This document shows, piece by piece, positions 57,445 through 64,000 of a stretch of DNA of 64,000 nucleotides. Source of the stretch: a virus (lineage: Duplodnaviria > Caudoviricetes); IMG/VR virus record IMGVR_UViG_3300033513_000004, positions 2,053-66,052 of that record, one strand, 5' to 3'. The stretch's first letter is position 1, and each line of letters begins with the position of its first letter. Made by a program: the position numbers and the translations under genes. A model generated the notes under the pieces. That model was given only the letters and a program-made list of their open reading frames with translations. It searched no databases and was not told the DNA's origin.

Positions 57445-57533
57445 TACCTAGCATTGAGTTGCTCCCCGGTGCAGCAATGGGGTAATATTTCCCCCTTACC
57501 CCCACCAATCGCCAACAACAAATGGCACATATA

Positions 57534-57560
57534 GTAGGCACCACCCCCGGATGTGCCTAC
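57534..57560. terminator. hairpin between convergent transcription units
   Basis: gtaggcac / gtgcctac 8-bp stem. Confidence 0.45.
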
Positions 57561-57568
57561 AAATTGAT

Positions 57569-58222
57569 TCAATCTCTAGGCCATCCCCCCACAAGATCAA
57601 CCGCGTAAACTGTTGACTTGTATAGGGCTCTCTTGTGGACAGCGTCGATTATCTCCAAGACGGACATGCTCTCGTCCAGCAGGGATGCCCAGTTGGCTAC
57701 CCCCGAGATGATTCCAACCAACTCCCCCCGAGAGTTGAGCACCCCAGACCCCGAGCACCCAGGGTGAGCCCAGCCATCTATCTGGAGATCCCCCTCGTTG
57801 TCATAGCCTAGAACCCTCCCCACGATCACAGCAGGGGAGGGTCCAGGGAGTGTCCCCAGGTAGAAGACCTCCTCCCCAGGAATCGGCTTGGTCTTGGCAT
57901 ACCCAAGAGTCACCTGGAACTTCTTCCCCCAGTCCTGAATCGGGGAGTTGGTCATCCATTCATCCCCCGAGATAGCCGGTCTCATCATCAGGAGATCCTT
58001 GGATGGGTGTCGGTAGAGTTGGACCACAACCCCCATGCCCCCGGCTCTGTCCTCCCAGACCGCGAATGGCCCATCCGAAGCATGACTCACGGTGAGCAGC
58101 CGGTCGGTGGAAACGGGGTTGGCAAAGGCCCCAGACGCCTTTCCTCCCACGAATGCCCTAAGTTGCAGTATCTTATTGATCTCTGGAGGGATAGCGATAA
58201 GGACAAGCAGTAAGGCTAGCAT
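57569..58222 (-). CDS. trypsin-like serine protease with N-terminal signal/anchor
   Basis: Triad motifs LTVSH, DLL and PGCSGSGVLNSRGELVGI. Hydrophobic N-terminus. Confidence 0.8.
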   Translation of the reverse strand: MLALLLVLIAIPPEINKILQLRAFVGGKASGAFANPVSTDRLLTVSHASDGPFAVWEDRAGGMGVVVQLYRHPSKDLLMMRPAISGDEWMTNSPIQDWGKKFQVTLGYAKTKPIPGEEVFYLGTLPGPSPAVIVGRVLGYDNEGDLQIDGWAHPGCSGSGVLNSRGELVGIISGVANWASLLDESMSVLEIIDAVHKRALYKSTVYAVDLVGGWPRD

Positions 58223-58337
58223 AGCCCACCCCCATGGACCCCGTCCCTATTCTACCAGTCTGTATATCTGAAGTCGTGTATAATCTGTATACCTGGCTGC
58301 GGGGGAGTTATGACCCCCCAATTACGAAAGGAGAGAC

Positions 58338-58703
58338 ATGGTTCACCTGCTCGACCCTCCCATCAAGGTGACCCTGCTCCCAACTGGGGGCTGCTTCATT
58401 AACTCTCTGCTCTACCTAGCAGACGACCCAATCTCCATCCTGGTCAGATCGGTCTTTTATCCCATCGTAGTGGAGGCTTCTCGGGAGAAGGGCAAGGATC
58501 TCCCAGACGCCCCAGTCCATGGATGGAAGATATCCAGTATCGACACCAGTTCCATGGTGGTAACATTCGAGTCGGTGGCTCCTGGAGACATCCCCAGCCT
58601 GGAGGCCCTACAGGACCGGGAAGCCGCAAGAGACCTGTTCAACGGAGAGAAGGGGAATGGACGTTCGATCCCTGATGGAGTTGCTCAGGACGATCCCGAG
58701 TGA
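58338..58703 (+). CDS. hypothetical protein
   Basis: 121 aa, aaggag RBS. Confidence 0.5.
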   Translation: MVHLLDPPIKVTLLPTGGCFINSLLYLADDPISILVRSVFYPIVVEASREKGKDLPDAPVHGWKISSIDTSSMVVTFESVAPGDIPSLEALQDREAARDLFNGEKGNGRSIPDGVAQDDPE

Positions 58704-58830
58704 CTACGATGTCTACGTGAGATCCTCCGAGAGCACGGAGACGATACCTCTGATAGGGGTACGAATCTTGGAGTCCGACTCCAATGGACAGATCGCCATT
58801 GTGCTGGAAGGGTCGGAGGATGATGTCTAG
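58657..58830 (+). CDS. small hypothetical protein (not in ORF track)
   Basis: 57 aa, MDVRSLMELLRTIPSDYDVYV..., aagggg RBS, ends 3 bp before terL. Confidence 0.45.
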   Translation: MDVRSLMELLRTIPSDYDVYVRSSESTETIPLIGVRILESDSNGQIAIVLEGSEDDV

Positions 58831-58833
58831 CCC

Positions 58834-60927
58834 ATGAATCTCTCTTCCTTACTACAGGATCTATCTCAGTTAGAGAAACTCCCACCTCTACAGTTAGCCA
58901 AGCTCTACCAACAGTTGAAGCAGATGCCTTCCGTCACTGGGAAGGCTGTGCAGAAGTGGGACTCACCTGCTGCAATGGCTGAGGAACTGTCTAAAGGCAC
59001 AAGAGAGCCTTGGGTTAGTTCAAACCACCTGAAGTATCTATCGGATACACTGGTGGAACTGACACACCTAGCAGAAGAGGGCAGAGAGGAAAACCTTCTC
59101 GTCTCGATGCCTCCTCAGCACGGTAAGTTATTGAGCCACAACACTTTAGTCCCGACCGCTGGGGGACTGAAGACACATGGAGAGTTGCAGGTTGGAGATT
59201 TGGTCTTCGGTAGGGATGGGAAGCAATACCCCATAGTTGCTATTGGAGAGGATGACTTAGCCGATGTTCGCGTTACTTTCTCGGATGGTGCTAGTGTCGT
59301 CTGCCACGAGAATCACGAGTGGATTGTCTATGATCGTTCTCATGGGGAGGAACGGGTAGTTGAGACCACCGAGTTATTGGCTTCAAAGCATGATATGGAT
59401 GTAGCTTCTATGCCAAGGAAGGTACATGGGGTTCTTGGGGTTCGTCGTAGGAAGGCCATTGTAAAGGTAGAACGGGTTGCTCCAGAACCAGGAAGATGCA
59501 TTCAGACGGCTGCTCCTGATGGGGTATATCTAGTAACCGACAACTTCATCCCGACGCACAACTCGTATTTGTGTTCATACTGGTTCCCATTGTGGTTGTT
59601 CCACAGAGACCCAGCAGCTTACATCATCCTCTGCTCCTACTCCGACGATTATGCTAGGCGATGGGGCAGGAAGATCCGAGACTTCATCATCGACTGTGGT
59701 GGGGAGTTGGGACTCAAACTCAAGTCGGGCACCACTGCTGCCGATGAGTGGGAGTTGGAGTCCGGTGGTGGGATGAAGGCTGCTGGGACCAAAGGGAGCG
59801 TCACTGGGCGTGGAACCAGTACAGCCCTAATCATTGACGATGCTGTCAAGGATGACGAGGAAGCCGGGTCTGAGATAGTAAGGGACCGCATCTGGGACTT
59901 CTGGATGGCCACTGCCAACACCCGAATGAACCCAGGGTCATTTGCAGTGGTCGTGGGTACTCGCTGGGACATGGACGATCTCATTGGCAGGTTGGAGAGA
60001 GACTCCCTCTCTGGTGAGGGGTCCAAGTTCAGGATCATCAAGTTCGCTGCCGAGGCCCTGCCGGAAGATCCCCTCGGGAGGAATGTCGGAGAGGTACTCT
60101 GGCCCGAGAAGCGACCGCATGAGTGGCTCATGCGTAAGAAGAAGGGGATCTCTCCTTACTGGTGGAACTCCCTCTACCAGCAGACTCCTACGCCTCTGGA
60201 GGGAGGAACCATCAAGAGGGACTGGTGGAAGTTCTACGAGATCCCCCCAGCCAAGTTCGACGAGGTAATCATGTCCTGGGACCTTGCATTCAAGGATCTC
60301 AAGAAGTCCGACTACACTGTCGGATCGGTCTGGGGGAGAAAGGGAGCGGAGTTCTACCTCCTGGATCTCATCAAGGATAGGATGGATGCCCCCAACACCA
60401 TGATTGCCTTCAGGGACCTCTGCTACAAGTGGCCCCAAGCCTCTATGAAGCTGATAGAAGATGCAGCCAATGGCCCCGCAGTAGCCCAGATGCTCCGCCA
60501 CGAGATATCCGGTATCGTCCTGTGGCCCCCTAAGGGACAGAAGCGGTCCTCCAAGGACGAGAGAATCAGCGCAGTATCTCCATTCATCCAAGCAGGGAAC
60601 GTCTACATCCCTAGAAGTGCCCCCTGGGTAGCCGATTTCATCGAGGAATTGGCTGCATTCCCCAGCGGTCTCAACGACGACTGCGTAGATGTGACCTCCC
60701 AGGCCCTCGGATACCTCCGTTCTGGAGCCAAAGCAGCCCTCAATCGGGACTGGACAGAGGCCACAGTTGGTCAAGGAGCTCCAAAGACCACCCATGAGGT
60801 GGTAGCGAGACAGTTTAACTACTTCAAAGATGCTGCCCTGAAGCGTCACGAGAAGCGATTCAATGAGTCTCTGAAGATAAACCCCCAGGTTTTGGGGAGA
60901 GTCCCCCGCAGAATCAGGGCGTGGTAA
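58834..60927 (+). CDS. terL: terminase large subunit containing an intein
   Basis: Walker A SMPPQHGK|S, Walker B LIIDDAVKD, GTRW, nuclease WDLAFKD and DDCVD. Confidence 0.92.
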   Translation: MNLSSLLQDLSQLEKLPPLQLAKLYQQLKQMPSVTGKAVQKWDSPAAMAEELSKGTREPWVSSNHLKYLSDTLVELTHLAEEGREENLLVSMPPQHGKLLSHNTLVPTAGGLKTHGELQVGDLVFGRDGKQYPIVAIGEDDLADVRVTFSDGASVVCHENHEWIVYDRSHGEERVVETTELLASKHDMDVASMPRKVHGVLGVRRRKAIVKVERVAPEPGRCIQTAAPDGVYLVTDNFIPTHNSYLCSYWFPLWLFHRDPAAYIILCSYSDDYARRWGRKIRDFIIDCGGELGLKLKSGTTAADEWELESGGGMKAAGTKGSVTGRGTSTALIIDDAVKDDEEAGSEIVRDRIWDFWMATANTRMNPGSFAVVVGTRWDMDDLIGRLERDSLSGEGSKFRIIKFAAEALPEDPLGRNVGEVLWPEKRPHEWLMRKKKGISPYWWNSLYQQTPTPLEGGTIKRDWWKFYEIPPAKFDEVIMSWDLAFKDLKKSDYTVGSVWGRKGAEFYLLDLIKDRMDAPNTMIAFRDLCYKWPQASMKLIEDAANGPAVAQMLRHEISGIVLWPPKGQKRSSKDERISAVSPFIQAGNVYIPRSAPWVADFIEELAAFPSGLNDDCVDVTSQALGYLRSGAKAALNRDWTEATVGQGAPKTTHEVVARQFNYFKDAALKRHEKRFNESLKINPQVLGRVPRRIRAW
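59128..59562 (+). mobile_element. 145-aa class-3-type mini-intein in TerL P-loop
   Basis: Starts LLSHNTLVPT, block B HEW, block F RCIQ, ends PTHN|S. No LAGLIDADG motifs. Confidence 0.85.
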
Positions 60928-60940
60928 ACTCTTAGAGCCT

Positions 60941-61399
60941 ATGGAGATGTGTATGAGCCTCTTCGACTCCCATTCCACTTGCCTAGATCGGGAAACCAAT
61001 CTTCTCAGACGAATCAGAGACCTGGAACAGGATATTCGGGATCTCCAGAAAGCCTTCTCGGACGAGCGGGAGAAGCTCGTGGACAAGATTTTGGCCATGG
61101 CGAACCCTGCAGCGGTCCGAGAGTACCGGAGAATCCCCTTGGAGAACATGAATATCCTCGTAGATCGGGCCAAATCGGAGACCGAGGCCCTACAGAAGCT
61201 CCGAGGCACTCCACAACGCATGAACTGGCCTGGCTACCGCGTAGATGACAGACCCAACACCCGTCCAGACATGGATAAGTCTGTCCCAGTAGCCGCAGCC
61301 AAGCCTGCATACCCAAATATCACCGACCCAGCAGCCTACAGACTGGCAGTAGCGGCAGAGAAGGGGGTCGGTTCATCTGGTGAGGTTGCAGATGGCTAG
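60941..61399 (+). CDS. hypothetical coiled-coil protein
   Basis: 152 aa between terL and the portal. Confidence 0.55.
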   Translation: MEMCMSLFDSHSTCLDRETNLLRRIRDLEQDIRDLQKAFSDEREKLVDKILAMANPAAVREYRRIPLENMNILVDRAKSETEALQKLRGTPQRMNWPGYRVDDRPNTRPDMDKSVPVAAAKPAYPNITDPAAYRLAVAAEKGVGSSGEVADG

Positions 61400-64000
61400 A
61401 GACAATCGGTACAGTTACGCCGCGAGCACGGGTTCCCCGTTGATTTTCCCCCCAGCTGGGTCCGACGAGCCCCTCATCGTTGATTACAAGAATCGACACT
61501 TCAACTACACCTCCCTCTACCGTGACAGAGTGATGGAGAGGATCTCCACTAACCTCTATTATGTAGGTGGGAGACAGTGGATTGAGTTGGACACCGAGGT
61601 CATCATGGACTCTCGGGGCTACATCCTCAAGAATCAGAAGCAGACCGGGGAGGCGGAACTCCCAAGACCCGTCTCCAACTACATAGCCCCCGCCGTAGAG
61701 GTCGAGATGGCCGCTCTCGGGCGTCGAGAATTGATGCCCAAGGTGGTCGCAGGCTCCCAAGACCCCGCTATCCAGGCCGCAGTACGCCGAGCCAACGACA
61801 TCATGGCCTACAAGCTCGACAAATTGGACTGGGGAAGACTCCGGGACCTGTTCACCTACCTCACCATCGTCACTGGGACGGGGATCATCTGCTCCAGGTG
61901 GGACGAACCATGGACTAACCTCGATAGAGTCCCCACACCCAATGCCATGGGCTGTCCGAGGTGTGGTTTGCGGGTTGCAAGCCCCGAAATACCCTCCAAA
62001 GACCTGCCCGGAGTGGCTTTTCCCGAGTCTGCGAAGATCAATGGGGACTCTGCAACCCTCGAATTGTGCCCTAGATGCGAGAATCCGACCCAATTGGTCC
62101 CGATCAACCCCACCCAGGAGGAAGTTATGGGTGGAGAGGACCGTTTGGGGCGTCCATTTGGGATCGACATCCCGCATGGAGACGTGAGCATAGAGGTTGT
62201 AGACGCTTTCAGCTATTTCCCCGAGAATGGGGGCATCGGAGTGGATGTAAACAACCTCAGAATCCATGGACAAGCCTCCGTGAGGTCCATGGACTACGTT
62301 TACGAGAGATACCCCGAGCTAGAAGGGGAACTGACCCCCGAGGACCCCTACGAACTGATGAGATGGCACCCAACCATGGGGGAATGGGCCATTTTGGGCC
62401 GCTACGACCGTGCCTTGGACTCCGGGATCTACGAGAACCACATCCGGGAGTTCACCCTGACCTGTGGTAAGACCATGGATTACCCCCAGGGGAGGAAGAT
62501 CATCCTCTACGGGGATAAAGTAGCAGAAGACACCACCCTGTACGAGGAGGCGGACATCGGTGGGCAGCCAGTCATGGTCCCCAAGATCGCCTACTACAGT
62601 GCCCGATACAAGCCCCGCCACGGAGAGTTCTGGGGTAAGGGCTTGGTTGACGACCTTATCTCCCCCCAGAACCGGGTCAACGGGCTGGATGCCCAAGCCA
62701 TCGACTGTATCGAGAGGTTGGGATCACCGAACATCCTGGTCACAGAGGGAATGAACCTCCAGGGACCCTCCTGGTTCGATGACTACGGGAGTGGGAAGAT
62801 CATGGTCTGGAGTCTGGACCCGGTCAACCCATCGGCCAAGCCGGAAATATTCGGTGGACTTGAGGTCCCGGCATCCTTCTCCAGGATGCGGGAGCAGGCC
62901 GTTGCCGACATGAAGCAGATAGCAGGACCCCAGGATATCGAGATCGGTGAGGCCCCCAGGAACATCACAACCACCTCCGGTCTGCAACTCCTTGGAGAGT
63001 CCGCTGAGCAGAAGAGAGCCCCCAGGGAGCGGGAGATATTCGCTGCTTTCAAGCAGGTTTGGGAGCACATGCTCAGGCTACTGAATGTCTACCGGGATGA
63101 GTCCGAGGTCTACCGGGCCAAGACCCAGGAGGGAGGCTGGGAGGATCGGGAGTTCAACAAGACCGACCTGCTGGGACTATGTGATGTAGAGGTTGAGAAG
63201 CAGGGCTATATCTCCAGGAGCCTGTTCCAGAAAGAGGCTGCCAGAGAGGCCATGATGGATCAACTCTACACAATAGACTCCCCCCTAGCCAAGAAGAGGC
63301 TCCTCGAGCTCCGGGGTCTCCCCACCGATGTCAACGAGAACTGGTCCCTCCAGGTGGACCGAGCCCGCCAGCAGTGGATCGACTTTGTTGACAGTGGGAT
63401 CATGCCCTACATCGACTATACCTTGGATGACTTTGCAGTCCGGTTCGAGACCCTTGGGGATCTCCTTCTGGGGGACAAGGGAAAGAAGCTGGAGTTACTG
63501 TCCAACTGGCCCGCCATCGCTGAACTAATTGCTGGTTGGGAGCAGGAGTTGGATGCTGCCGAGGCCAAGGATGCAGCCGCCCGCGCCTTCTATGGGGGTC
63601 CTCTACCCCCAGACCAGGCTCAGATGGCCTACGACCAAGCCATGGGCAACTACCAGATGCAGATGCAGCAGTTCCAGCAGTCCCAGCAGGAGCAGGTCAG
63701 GCTTGCCAAGGATGCTGGCTCCGAGGACACGGGTAGATCCAACCAAGCCAGCATGCAGATATCCCAACTCCAAGGGATGGCCCCTCCTCAGCCCCCTCCA
63801 GCCCCGTTCTTCCTCCCCAACTCCATGGTGGAGAAGATCCTGATAATCTGGAGACAGATGATCCAGATGCAGACCGGGATGCCGAACCTGCCTCCCCCGG
63901 TGGTGACATCCGACCCCAACACCGATCCATCTGGGGCAGTCGAGCAGCAGGAACTGTTCCTCCGCTTTAGGGCTACCATCGACGCCTACAAGCGTCTGGC
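61392..64000 (+). CDS. portal protein (P22-like), partial; runs off the window
   Basis: Read by hand as open from ATG 61392 to the window end (>860 aa). Motifs YVGGRQW, PVSNYIAPAV, FWGKGLVDDLISPQNRVN, TTTSGLQLLGE, and a Q/P-rich tail. Confidence 0.85.
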   Translation, partial: MARDNRYSYAASTGSPLIFPPAGSDEPLIVDYKNRHFNYTSLYRDRVMERISTNLYYVGGRQWIELDTEVIMDSRGYILKNQKQTGEAELPRPVSNYIAPAVEVEMAALGRRELMPKVVAGSQDPAIQAAVRRANDIMAYKLDKLDWGRLRDLFTYLTIVTGTGIICSRWDEPWTNLDRVPTPNAMGCPRCGLRVASPEIPSKDLPGVAFPESAKINGDSATLELCPRCENPTQLVPINPTQEEVMGGEDRLGRPFGIDIPHGDVSIEVVDAFSYFPENGGIGVDVNNLRIHGQASVRSMDYVYERYPELEGELTPEDPYELMRWHPTMGEWAILGRYDRALDSGIYENHIREFTLTCGKTMDYPQGRKIILYGDKVAEDTTLYEEADIGGQPVMVPKIAYYSARYKPRHGEFWGKGLVDDLISPQNRVNGLDAQAIDCIERLGSPNILVTEGMNLQGPSWFDDYGSGKIMVWSLDPVNPSAKPEIFGGLEVPASFSRMREQAVADMKQIAGPQDIEIGEAPRNITTTSGLQLLGESAEQKRAPREREIFAAFKQVWEHMLRLLNVYRDESEVYRAKTQEGGWEDREFNKTDLLGLCDVEVEKQGYISRSLFQKEAAREAMMDQLYTIDSPLAKKRLLELRGLPTDVNENWSLQVDRARQQWIDFVDSGIMPYIDYTLDDFAVRFETLGDLLLGDKGKKLELLSNWPAIAELIAGWEQELDAAEAKDAAARAFYGGPLPPDQAQMAYDQAMGNYQMQMQQFQQSQQEQVRLAKDAGSEDTGRSNQASMQISQLQGMAPPQPPPAPFFLPNSMVEKILIIWRQMIQMQTGMPNLPPPVVTSDPNTDPSGAVEQQELFLRFRATIDAYKRL

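Noticed and set aside
59938-61221. 427-aa antisense ORF over terL
   Set aside because: Shadow ORF opposite a well-supported gene.
1-64000. Genome-wide stop-codon reassignment
   Set aside because: Large genes are intact under code 11, and TGA, TAG and TAA all end genes, often in ATGA overlaps. The TGA at 49215 is therefore a local case.

Overview
The window is an almost complete, circularly permuted genome of a tailed dsDNA phage with a podovirus-like (P22/T7-type short tail) layout. It starts in the end of a probable scaffold gene and stops inside the portal gene, so little is likely missing. The + strand from 1 to 28.5 kb is the late module: major capsid, adaptor, three signal-peptide-bearing tail-region proteins, a GH108 lysis cassette, an apparently split tail nozzle, ejection proteins (including a 2741-aa protein with kinase-like and JAB domains), a metallophosphoesterase and an HExxH protein. 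The - strand from 28.5 to 55.7 kb holds early/middle genes: two tRNAs plus a tRNA-like mimic next to an RNA ligase, vWA, a GGQ release-factor domain, a UDG-PolA fusion with His at position 762, SSB, SSAP, Cas4-like nuclease, helicase, an origin-like iteron region and many small ORFs. A lone + strand terS sits inside this block. From 56.3 kb, mostly on the + strand, come tRNA-Pro, a trypsin-like protease (- strand), terL with a class-3 mini-intein, and the portal. No integrase, CRISPR array or reverse transcriptase was seen. All calls come from motif recognition by eye; no database searches were run. The best novelty candidates are the Sec-exported disulfide-rich tail proteins, the multi-ORF nozzle with alternative propeller modules, the anticodon-less tRNA mimic and tRNA-Ile(UAU) beside the RNA ligase, the virion-delivered kinase/JAB protein, and a Zn-finger gene with an in-frame TGA.
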